Shown here: one piece after another, positions 9,674 to 21,272 of the stretch
How positions within the stretch are numbered: position 1 is the stretch's first letter
How the letters are laid out: every line of letters begins with the position of its first letter
NCBI GenBank assembly: GCA_034226945.1
Contig: CP120457.1
Location: forward strand, 124,001-188,000
DNA length: 64,000 nucleotides
Source: Picochlorum sp. SENEW3
Lineage: Eukaryota
Direction: 5' to 3'
Made by a program: the position numbers and the translations under genes
Notes under the pieces: model-generated
The model's database searches: none
Told to the model about the DNA's origin: nothing
What the model saw: only the letters and a program-made list of their open reading frames with translations

Positions 9674-12546
9674 CTACATGGTCAATCCTTCCATTTTCGA
9701 TTCTAAAGAGGAGATATCAATGCAATCTGGTCCCATAAATAAGCGAGAATATGTAAATATATTTGCGCAAATCTTCTTGTAGGATTCAAGAATTTCTGCA
9801 CTTGGGTTGAGGAGATCTGTCATCTCAAGCAGAACTTGTTCACATGTGTCGTGGGATATCCCCGTGAAATCTGCCGCCTCGAGATTTTTTATGAAGGCTT
9901 GTAGTGCATCTTCTTTATTTGTGCTATCTAGTAAATAATCAATCTTGACTGCTGAAAATGCAGATTCGAGATTGAATTTGCCAATGTTACTCTTCCATTT
10001 CTGGTGATATGCTGCAACATCCCGGCCCCCTATAAGTGCCTCAATGCGCTCCTGCACTACATCGTATACTAGCGAATCTTTTTCATCATAGATTCTTTGG
10101 AAATCTTCCATCAACACTCTTCTTGCGATATCAACGATGCATTCATGGACCAGTGGAGCAGTCGCAGAAGATAATTTAATTGCCTTGTTGATGTGCTTGA
10201 GAGCTAAAAGCGCTCTATTTCTTCTAATATGTACTCTATACGCAAGAATATGGCTTTGCACATCATCCGAAGCTCCCGAGAGAAGGTTTTGGACCATTTT
10301 GTTTGCCTCTCCTAGGGGATCTTGAGTTTTCAGGAGTCGCTCTCCTTTTGGATCAGGATCAATTCTCCTGCCCTGAGCATCCTTTGTTGCGACTGTCTCA
10401 GACTCCTCTTGTTTCTTCTTTTTTGCGGTAAGTTTTCGAAGCTTTTGCCTTTCTTTCTTTGCATCCTCTACACTCATCGACGCTATCCTCTCTTCTAGCA
10501 GTTCCTCTTCTGATTTCTGAGGATTATCGAAAAGATGCAAATATATTCCGACTGCTCTCTCAACAGCCAACGCATACGTTTTATTAGAATAAATATTGTC
10601 GAGCATGCGAAGAGCATCAACATAGGATCTCATCGTCTGTTTCCTTAAGCAGTATGCATGGAAATCGAATTGGTCCTCCACAAAATCCGCAAAGTGTTCA
10701 TCCACCTTTTTGAAACGTTTCAAGGCCTGGCCGTAATCCTTCAGTTTCAGATAACAGTCTCCAGATGAGATTTCATACCATGTCGCTTGCATATCATAAA
10801 AGTTATTTCCCTGATCTCCCACTTTTGTAAAGAGGTGGGACACCTCCTCTGCCTGCTCTGCCTTGCATGCCTTGAACAGTGCCATTGAGGCCTGGCAGTT
10901 CAGAAATCTATCAGCTAAATCCATCCTTCTCGCACGGTCTGCAACCAATGCTGCTCCTTCTGAATCTCCTGCAATGTCCAATATTTTTGACTTTGCAGAA
11001 TGCGCCTCGATCAAGTCTGGCTGAAGTTCAATGCATGTATCAATAGCTTTAAACGCTTCCTTGAATCTCCCACACTCACAATAATGAAAAGCCAAACAAA
11101 GATATACCCACGCGGATTGCTTGCCCGTGAATTTAGTACACATATCTTGCAAGGTCTTATCAATGATCTCAACCTTGGCTTTGTCAGCATACAATGGCTT
11201 CAACTCTGAAAACAGTGATGGTATACCCTTTTCCAGATATGGCTCTACAAAGACTCGAAGCGCAGTCTCGAACTTTCGACCAGATAAAAAGTCCAACGGA
11301 AGCCTTTTGCAAGCAGTGCTATTGCTACAGGCGTGCCGCAGATCCTCTGTGTAACACTTCTCTAAGGCCTCTTCCCCCATCTCTCCCTGATCTTCAAACA
11401 CTGCTGCAATGTATTTACGATGATATTCATAATTCTCCATATTTATCTTCAGTAGCTTTCTATATACCGCTGCTGCTTCTGGATACCGATTCAAAGAATA
11501 TAATAATTCTGCTCTTATTTCCATTGCTGAGATGACGTCTTTGATTTGCCGTGCCTCCTCTGCTTTATCCAAAGCTTGCAATGCCTCTTCAAACTTTTCA
11601 CCTTCCTTCAGAATACTCACTTTATAAAGCAAAATCTCACTATGCTCATACTGCTCCATATTTATCATAACTTGATCCATAGTTGCCTCATATTGCTCCA
11701 ATATAACAGCAGCAACATCATAATTGCCTTGCAAATGATGCGCCAATGCCAAAGACACCCAACTCTGCCTCACCGTCGGCTTCAATTCGAGCAACCGCTG
11801 GCGTGTCTCCAAGAACCCTCCGATATCCCTCATCTGTATCTGCAACTGGGCTAAATCCCTCAGAACGGTGACATTATCCTTGTCCATCCGTAGCGCATTC
11901 TTGTAGCACTTTATTGCCTCATCATAATTTCTATCTGATCGGTACAGCAGCCTGCAAGTCGCATTTGAAATACATTCATATAGTATCATCTACTGTCCAA
12001 AGCATGTGCCAGGCATCCCCAAGAGAATATGTACAAAAACATGTGTGTGTGTGTGTACCCAAACAAACAGCACACATCGGAAGACACAAAGGAACAGCAA
12101 CGTACCCGTAGACATGCCAACACACTTGACTCCTCAGATTGTTCTTCACCCCTTCTTTCACCAGTGTATAAGCCTCCTCCTTCCTGTTCAAACAGTTACA
12201 CAGCAGCCCTTTCATAGCAAGCGTCTCCCCATTCGTTGGGCATTTCTTCAGAATGGCATCCGCTGTTTTCAGTCCTTTTTTGTACAGTTTAGACTGCATA
12301 ATAATTCTCATGTATCAGATTGCATCCACATTGGCCAATAGACGGCGAGACATCCCAGACCACTTGGGTGCAGTGCATCCACCCAAGTATTCCGATATCA
12401 CGGCTTTGCTCTCATATAGATCCCTTTATGAGTACATATATGTATACATACAACCATCATACCTCATATTGCTTGACTAGCTGCCGAAAGAGCGCCTGTT
12501 CTTTTGTGGGCAATTCCTGCCCGTCACTCGTCGCTTTTGGCGGCAT
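9674..12546 (-). CDS. NAA15: N-terminal acetyltransferase A auxiliary subunit
   Basis: LPTKEQALFRQLVKQYE/SKLYKKGLK, GETLAMKGL, CWHVYG, DQFDFHAYCLRK; TPR-rich; two introns near the 5' end. Confidence 0.95.
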
Positions 12547-12775
12547 GATGTCAACCCTTTGAACACGATAAACTACAATTTATATATATTTACATTAAAT
12601 ACAGTCACGATCGCAGGTGAGTATGCAAATCAGAGGTCCTGATGGTCTGATTCCGCAATATTTGCAATCACATCGATCTTCCCTTGCAAGCTTGTGCAAG
12701 TCCAATTAGTTGGATAGTGCCTCGTGTCTTGGTTGAATGACATGAGAAGGGCACGGTATTACACAATATTGAATC

Positions 12776-14262
12776 TCATTCGTCCTCCTTGAGGTCCAAT
12801 GCATGAATGAATACGCCATTCTTTGCTGCAGGATCTCTCAACCATCTGCCCATCCGTGGCTCTTGGCCGATGCCTGCAACGACAAATCTGGCACTGGATG
12901 CAATGGCGAGAGAGTTTACAAATCCACGAACAGGTAAACCGCCTATATTCTCTAGTGCCCTTCGTCCACCATCTCCTTTGCCTCCGTCCCATACTTTCCA
13001 GAATTGTATGACACCATCCCCAGCACCAGAGGCAATGAGGTCAGACCCGGGACAGACAGCCACAGATCCAACCCAGCTACAGGCATCGCCCCCAATGCTA
13101 CCAGCACCGACATGGTCGGTGCTATCATCCGGTATTCTATATGCCACATGTGCATTTCTGCACGTATAGGTTGGTTTCTTCTTGGCAGAGTTCCATAATT
13201 GGACAGATCCTTGTCCATCTCCTGTCACCCATTCACTTGATGTGATGTATGCACACGATTCAATATTGACCCAGTTACCTCGGAACACAAGCTGCGATTC
13301 CTCGGGAATTTTCCATACTCGACACGTTCTATCAGCACCACACGTCAGTGCTCTATCTCCCTGAAGGGAATCCAGACCCAAAATGGGACTCTGATGCCCA
13401 AACAGCGTGTCAACATACGTCATATCCTCCAATGACCATATATACAGAGACCGATCCAAGGAACCGCTGAATAACTGGTGTGTTCCCTGCCGAAAGGACA
13501 AGGCAGAGACAGCATCCTTGTGCCCAGGAAATGATCGAATCAGCTGCCTAGACCGAGCATCCCATATATGAACCTTTCTATCACCTCCACCGACTGCCAA
13601 ATACTTTCCATCACTCGACACAGCAGCTGCTAACAACGATGTCCTACTCCCCTGCCGGGCCGCAGGTGTCATCCATGGAGCACCACCAGTCATCCCATCC
13701 CCAGGAGAGGGGCTGCTGTGAGAAAACACCTGCCTCTTCCCACTCTCTACATCCAACTCCATAATTGATCCATCCTTGGAGACAGAGAATACCTTTGCAT
13801 CGTCCCGTGTCAACGCAATAGCTGTCACAGGCAATCGGTGCCCTCTATACAGCTTCCCACCGTCCTCCCGTCTATCATATGCTGCCACCACAGGCACGTC
13901 TGGCAACACCACTGTATCCGCAATAACCCGTCGCAGATACCCCATGGATTCCAGCGCATCCTGACGGAGAATTTCAGCCACACCCCCTTCGTCATGCTCC
14001 TCATTCAACTGCTCAATATGACTCAAATATTGCTTCGCTGCACCATGAAGTTCAGGTATCAGCCCCTTTCCTATACTTGAAATGTTTATATACACCAATG
14101 TAACGCACCTAGACGCAACCGTTTCTCCTCAGCAGTCTCTACATCCTCCTCGCTTTCCTCTTCACTCTCACGTTCCTCCTCGCTATTCCCCATCATCAGC
14201 ACATCCTCATCATCCTCCTCTTCAAAGAATTTATCTCTTTTCTGTCTCTTTCGCTGCACCAT
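12776..14262 (-). CDS. RRP9: U3 snoRNP-associated WD40 protein (Rrp9/U3-55K)
   Basis: Acidic N-terminus ETAEEKRLRLAKQYL across one intron, WD40 repeats, YVDTLFGHQ, WKIPEESQLVF, GQEPRMGRW. Confidence 0.93.
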
Positions 14263-14620
14263 GATTGCTCTTTGTTTTGAGGAAACTCTACTGTTTTACA
14301 AGGAAAAAGATTGCATGCTGCTCAGAAGCATGCTGCATGTTTTTCAGGATTGGGTACCAGTACGAGTATGCAGAGTATGTCAATAATTACTATGAATTTG
14401 AGGATCAATTCTTCGTTCATACCACGAGAAACAGACAAAGAGGAGATAACATAAGGAGGATAGATTTGTACATAAAATACTAATTAGTGTCCTCTTCTGA
14501 TCATCAGGATATGTATGTATCCTACTCGTACGATTCGTCATGACGATCGAATGGGGTCTTCCACCCCGATTCTTTCATGCTGATGCATCATATGAATGAT
14601 GAGAGATGATGGTCATTGAA

Positions 14621-14644
14621 GTCTGTCGTCTGCAGACGACAGAC
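14621..14644. repeat. Perfect 24-bp palindrome
   Basis: GTCTGTCGTCTGCAGACGACAGAC equals its own reverse complement. Confidence 0.95.
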
Positions 14645-15075
14645 CCAATGTCATCCTCCGTGAATGGTGGAAGGCGCCTAGAGTTGCGCCCATCCATGCG
14701 ACGATAGCATAGCGTGTGATTTTTGGGGCTCCCATGAAAGAGTTCTTTCGATGGGATGGTATGAGAAGACCAAATATGGCATTGTGCACTGAATTTCCAT
14801 GTCCCATCATTTCCATATCAGAAAATTATCAGAATGCTGCCAGTGACAGCGATTCTCTAGAAAAGCTTCTCAGGCTTCTCAAAATGCCTCATCAGGCCGA
14901 AAAACTCGTCCAGTAGGTGGCAGTCAACGTGGGGATGACTGAACTGATATGGACTCTCCCGTGGTGTATATCTGGTCTATCGTTGCTGTACCTTTGATCA
15001 GGATACACCAAATTATCATTATTATGGTATAAGAACTTAACATTCAAATGAATGCGAATGCAACGCCATATTTCG

Positions 15076-15202
15076 TGGCGATAGCTTGGCGATAGCGTCA
15101 CACGCTATCGATCTAATCTAGAACCTCCCATGAAACGTCAACTTAATTGATGACATTGACAAAACCGATAGCGTGGTGTAAATTCCGGACCACGCTATCG
15201 CC
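15076..15202. promoter_or_regulatory. Cluster of CGATAGC(G) motifs in direct and inverted arrangement
   Basis: CGATAGC at 15079, 15090 and 15166; reverse complement at 15103 and 15193; inverted pairs of 9 bp (15090-15098/15102-15110) and 12 bp (15166-15177/15189-15200). Confidence 0.55.
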
Positions 15203-15552
15203 CAACTCTCATCGACTTGGGCGCCACGTGCGTGGCGTCTGGGACCTTCTGACCAGTCTGACGACTGTCGGTCTGACTGACGACCGTCATGATGTCGGCA
15301 TGCGACGACACGTCGCTTGATATACATTGATTGGGGGCACATTGCCTGTATAATATATTAAAACTTAATAAAGTATACACTTCATCGCACATAAATCAGT
15401 CTCAGAGAGAACTGTGGCGGTATTCAGATATTCGGAGAGACGCACCCAAAAGTTGACCGACACGAAACACGGCGCTACAACGTTGACGCGGTTGTAAAGA
15501 GAGCTCATTTTCATTGACCATACAGTTACACACATATATCAAGAGTTAAAAC

Positions 15553-16002
15553 ATGTTTGCTATTCGTTTTCTTGCGGCATTGATGTGCCTCATCTCCTGG
15601 GTTGCCATGGCATCTGCTGCCAACAGAGGCTATGGAACAGCTTACAGCAAGCCATACCGTATGAATGCCACTGGAAAGAACGCTTGTCAATTCAATGCGA
15701 AAAAGCTTGCAAAGAGGTGGCAGGTCTACTACGCCGCGCTGAACGAGGCTGACTGGAAGAAGGCTGGGGTCAAACGTGGCAAGAGCAAGGCATGCGGGCG
15801 CTGCCTCAAGGTGAAGGGCCTGCAGCGAAGGAGAGGACACAGGCAAAAGAATGTCATCGTCAAAATTGTCGATTTGTGTCCAAAATGGGCTTGCAAGAAG
15901 GGCAATGTTGATTTCTCCACCAAGGCTCTCAAGGACATCACGGGATACTCATGGGACAAGAAGAAGATTCAGTGGTCCTTCACCCGCTGCCCAAAGAAAT
16001 AA
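15553..16002 (+). CDS. Secreted double-psi beta-barrel protein (RlpA-like/barwin/expansin N-terminal domain)
   Basis: Signal peptide; NACQF, YYAALN, ACGRCLKV, VKIVDLCP..C..GNVDFS..A motifs; very Lys/Arg-rich. Confidence 0.85.
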   Translation: MFAIRFLAALMCLISWVAMASAANRGYGTAYSKPYRMNATGKNACQFNAKKLAKRWQVYYAALNEADWKKAGVKRGKSKACGRCLKVKGLQRRRGHRQKNVIVKIVDLCPKWACKKGNVDFSTKALKDITGYSWDKKKIQWSFTRCPKK

Positions 16003-16448
16003 ATACGGCAGTATCATGCACAACTATTTTTTCGTTACGGAGTCTCCTCATGCAGTGAGAGACGCAACTGCTATATATATACCACAAGATGTACTACTAC
16101 TATATCTCCGCTACGGATCAGTGACAAATTTTATTGAATAAATGGACACATACTATATAATGGACATACTCATGATACGAGAGAGGAGCATGTTCAGACA
16201 TAAATGTCATTGGTTTCAGTGACACAAAGAAAGAAGAAACAGCAAGATCAAGCAGGGACTTTTTTCTCATTTCATCATAAGCTCAACAAGAAGCAACAAC
16301 TTCATTCATTCCCATCAAGGATTCTTTCATGACAATGATCTTTTTTCTTTTTTCCTTATTTCATGACTCAACCTATTCTACTTTGTAACCAAAACCCATA
16401 TCTGTATAGCTGAATAGCACTGAATCAAGAGCTCTTGTTGTTGTCTCG

Positions 16449-17822
16449 ATGCTGGGTCAGAGACCACGCGGCGTGGTACACGACTGTCGCTGGGTCACCA
16501 GAACAACAACACGCTCTCCACGTTGTCATGGTGTCCACCAATATTCAAAAACTGATAATGGAGATGTTATTGTCGTAGGAGCGGGTGTGGTTGGCCTTTT
16601 CATCGCCTCTCGCTTGCTTCAACGTGGGTATACAGTAGTGCTTTTGGAATCTGCTCAGGGCTTGTGCAGTGGGGCCACGGGTGCGGGGCAGGGGTACATA
16701 TGGCAGAGTCACAGGGATCCTTTGGCAGTGGGAGCTTGGAAGATGGCTGAGCAGAGTAAACAGGAGTGGAAAGAACTCTTGTCTCCTCATGTGCAGGAAG
16801 AAGAAGACCTGTATGATGAGAATGGGAGTCTGCTGTTGGCCACTACAAAGCAGGAATCCGTTGCTTTAAAGGAAAGGGTTGAATCTCTACACAAGCATGG
16901 TGGTTTGCATGCCAAGTATCTGTCATCGTATGATGATATTGTGTGTGTAGAACCATCTCTGAGGGATTCCAGGATAGAGCTGTATGCTGGCGTTGTGACG
17001 CCATCTGATGCCCAGATAGATGGTAGAAGGGCTGTAGATGTACTGTTTACTTCATGCGTAGCGCATGGTGGGGAGAGATTTGTGTCTAGATTTGGGCATG
17101 CTGTGGAGTCATTGATACTCAGAGATGATGGTCGAGAGGGACAATGTGCACATGGTGTCGTCCTGGATAATGGGCATACCATCTATGCGGACCGTATCGT
17201 AGTGGCTGCTGGTGCTTGGAGTGGGCAGATGCTATCGACCTGGCTAGGTGAGCAAGGCGATGCATGGAAGGAGCGGATTGTCCCCAGGCGGGGACATTTG
17301 CTTGTCTGTACAATCCCACGCACTGATACTACAAGGCAGCTTCGGCACGGTATCATGGAAGCCAAATACACACACCATTATTCAAAAAAAGGAGCAGCTG
17401 ATGAGTACGATGTCACATTCACAGCCACAGAAAACGCTCTTGATGGTAGCCTGTTGATTGGCAGTAGTAGAGAGCTGCTCAGCAGCACCATGAAGGATTC
17501 GTGGGTCCAGGATGCACAGCCGCATGTCGTACGAGACATTCTAGACAGAGCAAGGGAATTCTTGCCCCAATTGCTGGATGAAAATATGAATATGACCATC
17601 CGTGATGTCCGCGTGGGTCTGAGGCCATTTGCCACACACCACCATGCAGGGCCCTACATTGGTCCCGTGAGAGGCATTGGTGGCCTGTTCGTGTCTTCAG
17701 GACATGAGGGTTCTGGGCTCACACTCGCCCCAGCGTCTGCAGATGTTCTCATGCACCATCTATTCCACGATGTGTCCATAGATGCTGACATTGAAGCGTA
17801 TACACAAACCGTGTACACATGA
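16449..17822 (+). CDS. FAD-dependent oxidoreductase (DAO/glycine oxidase family)
   Basis: VIVVGAGVVG dinucleotide motif, GATGAGQG, VVAAGAWS, VGLRP, GHEGSGLTLAP. Confidence 0.9.
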   Translation: MLGQRPRGVVHDCRWVTRTTTRSPRCHGVHQYSKTDNGDVIVVGAGVVGLFIASRLLQRGYTVVLLESAQGLCSGATGAGQGYIWQSHRDPLAVGAWKMAEQSKQEWKELLSPHVQEEEDLYDENGSLLLATTKQESVALKERVESLHKHGGLHAKYLSSYDDIVCVEPSLRDSRIELYAGVVTPSDAQIDGRRAVDVLFTSCVAHGGERFVSRFGHAVESLILRDDGREGQCAHGVVLDNGHTIYADRIVVAAGAWSGQMLSTWLGEQGDAWKERIVPRRGHLLVCTIPRTDTTRQLRHGIMEAKYTHHYSKKGAADEYDVTFTATENALDGSLLIGSSRELLSSTMKDSWVQDAQPHVVRDILDRAREFLPQLLDENMNMTIRDVRVGLRPFATHHHAGPYIGPVRGIGGLFVSSGHEGSGLTLAPASADVLMHHLFHDVSIDADIEAYTQTVYT

Positions 17823-18406
17823 TACATCCCCCCATGGAGTATTGCTTTTGATGGGCGCCTGCTATGCATCCCTTGCGTTGGGTACTTTAGCTCATTCGCG
17901 CCCCATCCTTGACAAGGTGAGGCCTTGCCCGACATGGAATAATTCCTATGTAAAACTGTTGCGATTTCGGTCGAACATTGGTCTATTGTATGAGTAGAGC
18001 CACCGTCTTCGACTCCGTTGCACTCACTACAATAAGATAGGGTGCGGTGTGACACGAACAGGAAGCCATACCGTGGAATAGAGTAGGATTTACGAATTGT
18101 ATTTCATAGTCAGGGTACCAGATACCTACATTTGCCCTTTTAGTACGCGTGGACACTGCGAGTCAGGGGGCAGGCTGTGAAGATAAGATAGAGGTGGCAG
18201 TACACCCCTAGAGAATGTGCTGTCTCGAATGAACATCGGCAACTATATACTTTCATTATTTCATTTATTGGGACACGCCTCGTACAGCTGAAGCGGCTCA
18301 GGCTCTGAGAAGTGAACAGATTTCATTCTTCTTTTTCTGAGTCGGAATAGTGGAAGATATTACGCTACAATTGTAGTGCAATTTTGATTTGATTTAATAG
18401 AAAGAC

Positions 18407-19918
18407 ATGTCTAGGCAAGAAGCAGGAGGGAGTGAAGGGACATTTTCGCCAGCTGGGTTGAAAGTGCTTGTTGTAGACGATGACCCCATGTGTCTCAAGG
18501 TTGTTTCTGCAATGCTGAAACGATGTAATTATGAAGTTGACACGGAATCGAATGGGCATCAGGCGTTGGATAAACTGAGGCAGATGCAGGAGAATGGGTG
18601 TCAGTTTGATCTGGTGTTGTCGGATGTGTACATGCCAGATATGGATGGGTTCAAGTTGTTGGAGAGCATTGGGTTGGAGCTCGAGGTGCCAGTCATCATG
18701 ATGTCGAGTGATAGTGACACAAATGTGGTGCTTCGAGGAGTGACGCATGGGGCAGTTGATTTTTTGATAAAACCAGTGAGGATTGAGGAGCTGAGAAATG
18801 TTTGGCAGCATGTTATTCGTCGGCGGAGTTCGCAGATGAGTCGCGGAGCTACTGCCGAGGAGTCTGGTGTTGAGCAAGATATTAACTCTCGGACGTCACA
18901 AGGAACGAAAAGGAAGGACGTGGAAGTTATTCGTGCAGAGCATGAGGGTGGATCAACGGGAAAGAAGCCTCGGGTTGTGTGGTCTGTTGAAATGCACCAG
19001 CAGTTTGTGTATGCTGTGAATACGCTTGGTATAGACAAGGCTGTTCCCAAACGAATTTTAGATTTGATGAATGTGGAAGGGCTGACGAGAGAAAATGTGG
19101 CATCTCATCTACAAAAGTATAGGTTGTACTTGAAGCGGGTTGAGGGTGTTGCAGGCAAAGGTAATGTTGCAGTGGTGAAAGGAGGTGTTCCGAGGAATGT
19201 CGATCGATTGAATGGGAAGCCCCCTCTTCAGAATAAAGTACCAAAGCAAAGCAAGTCATGTGGAACGAGCAGAGCTGAATCATCAGATGCAGAACGGAAG
19301 CTGAACACACTGCATGCCTCAGGGTCTAGCCCAAACCTTCAAGGAATCTCCTCCTCCCACTGGTCACAACCACACGGATATTATAACTTACACGGTCAAA
19401 TATATGGCAACTCGGTCAGAATGAATGCAACTGGTGCCCCACCAACGATGATGGGCTGGCAGAATCAGAATGGTGTCCCTATGGCTACACCAATTCAGTA
19501 TGCCAATGTGCCTAGCACGTCTGCGTTCTATCAGGGAAGTGGCCATATGTATCCGGCTCAGGTTCCACCAATCAACGGTCAGATGGGAGTAACGAACAAT
19601 AATAATGTGTTGCACTCAGCAATTGATAGCAGCCAGCGACCATCCTGCACTGAAGCACATGTCAATGGATCAACAAACGCGACTGGAAATGCACCTGGAT
19701 CTGACAATGAATTTGATACAGTTGTGAATAACAACACAAATGTGCATTCGAGCACAGATGATGCATCTCACAACAAGATTGCGACTGATATTCTGAGGTC
19801 TGGATCAAGTGGACTGGATGATGACGGGCTTCCAAACATTGCAGGCCTTGACAAAAATCATGACCCAGACGATGATGTCTTAGACATGTTTATCAAAGGA
19901 ATGGAAGGGGAAACTTGA
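18407..19918 (+). CDS. Type-B response regulator (receiver + GARP Myb-like domain)
   Basis: [17 protein letters not shown] (phospho-acceptor Asp), [20 protein letters not shown]...[13 protein letters not shown]. Confidence 0.95.
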   Translation: MSRQEAGGSEGTFSPAGLKVLVVDDDPMCLKVVSAMLKRCNYEVDTESNGHQALDKLRQMQENGCQFDLVLSDVYMPDMDGFKLLESIGLELEVPVIMMSSDSDTNVVLRGVTHGAVDFLIKPVRIEELRNVWQHVIRRRSSQMSRGATAEESGVEQDINSRTSQGTKRKDVEVIRAEHEGGSTGKKPRVVWSVEMHQQFVYAVNTLGIDKAVPKRILDLMNVEGLTRENVASHLQKYRLYLKRVEGVAGKGNVAVVKGGVPRNVDRLNGKPPLQNKVPKQSKSCGTSRAESSDAERKLNTLHASGSSPNLQGISSSHWSQPHGYYNLHGQIYGNSVRMNATGAPPTMMGWQNQNGVPMATPIQYANVPSTSAFYQGSGHMYPAQVPPINGQMGVTNNNNVLHSAIDSSQRPSCTEAHVNGSTNATGNAPGSDNEFDTVVNNNTNVHSSTDDASHNKIATDILRSGSSGLDDDGLPNIAGLDKNHDPDDDVLDMFIKGMEGET

Positions 19919-20051
19919 AGTATGCACGAACAATAAATGATTAAACGTTAAGTAAGAAATTCATACAATGTGTGTCGTCAATTTTGCCTGTAGACAGAAA
20001 TGAGCCTGATGGATATCTGTGTTGGGTTCTCAATTCATCCTGAAACATCCA

Positions 20052-20702
20052 TTATTTCCCCCTAAAACAACTACACAAGCGCGTCAGAAAACCCTCTGGT
20101 TCTTTTCGTACCCTCGTGAAACTAGATGACACCCCAGAAGGGTTGACATCATACGGAGGACTAGACTCATGAACCCACTGTCTCACTCGCGTCAGATTCT
20201 GATATCTACTATCAGGATCCTGTGCTTTCATAAATAATTGCAAATTAGCCTTACTTAACCTATCCGACTTTCTCTCCTTTCCATCTCCATCTCCCTGATC
20301 TCTAAACTTCAACTGATAACTTTCCAATTCCTTTGGGGCAGAATTCCCCCGTACCAACTGAGGATCTGATCGACTCTTCCTCCGCTCCATTCGTCGACTC
20401 ATTTTCTCTTGTCTCTCCTGCAACGCAGACAAATTCAACACGGGTACAGGACCAACACCAGCAGGCCCCACCTCCTCTTCTACTCTAGACATATTTTTCA
20501 TGCCTGCTCTTCCCTCGTCCTTCCCCGCACCATTCGGCGTCGTCTTTTCTAAACCCTCGACACCTCTTCTATCCCCTGTTTCGTGACGCTGATCATCAGT
20601 GACTGTATTTTCTAGAATAATTTCCTTCTCCTCCACCCGAAGTTCCAACTGAGGAGACTCTCCACCAGGACCACCTTTCACCTCGTTCAGATTCGATCCC
20701 AT
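20052..20702 (-). CDS. Hypothetical hydrophilic protein; an upstream exon is possible
   Basis: 216-aa ORF with protein-like composition, C-terminal FLTRLCSCFRGK; no family recognised. Confidence 0.55.
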   Translation of the reverse strand: MGSNLNEVKGGPGGESPQLELRVEEKEIILENTVTDDQRHETGDRRGVEGLEKTTPNGAGKDEGRAGMKNMSRVEEEVGPAGVGPVPVLNLSALQERQEKMSRRMERRKSRSDPQLVRGNSAPKELESYQLKFRDQGDGDGKERKSDRLSKANLQLFMKAQDPDSRYQNLTRVRQWVHESSPPYDVNPSGVSSSFTRVRKEPEGFLTRLCSCFRGK

Positions 20703-21272
20703 CCACCCCTATTGTGTTTGTATATCTATCCAAAAGACGTCTTTTTTCAGTCTTTTTTCACGTCGACGTGCACCGAACCCACAAAACTGCAGGGACGTCG
20801 CGGCGCAAGGTCTTCTCGTGCTCAAGCCTTGTCTTCAGTAAAACACCAATACAGGCGATCATTCATCCATGTAACACTATTTCATAGTTTTAGAGTGCCA
20901 GTCATAGAGAAAAAACGTGATACAGCTTTCGCTGTCAGTAATTGAAAGAATGCCAACGTCAACACCGACTATTCCTGCATCCTCGCTGCCTGCAGAGAAG
21001 AGTAGGTTACTTTTTATTCATCATTACAATAACGATGGGTTGTTGAAGCTGTGTACGATTCTACTCGAGTCATCCTACGGATGAGGATCTTTCGCCCGTA
21101 CTGAGTGGCAAGGAGGGGGGAGAGACTCACCTCCTTCATCGGATCCTACATGTCGCGTGTTGTTGTTACATGCTGAAAAATTACTAGCACAGAGAACTAG
21201 TGAAACAAAATTATTTTAGCCTGTGCTGCATTGTACTCACAACTGCGGTAATGATGAAAATGATAGCTATGT

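Noticed and set aside
14716..14916. 66-aa ORF in the intergenic region
   Set aside because: No recognisable motif and it overlaps hairpin-rich sequence; not supportable as a gene.
20549..20557. CTAAACCCT telomere/template-like word
   Set aside because: Single copy inside a plausible coding region; expected by chance.
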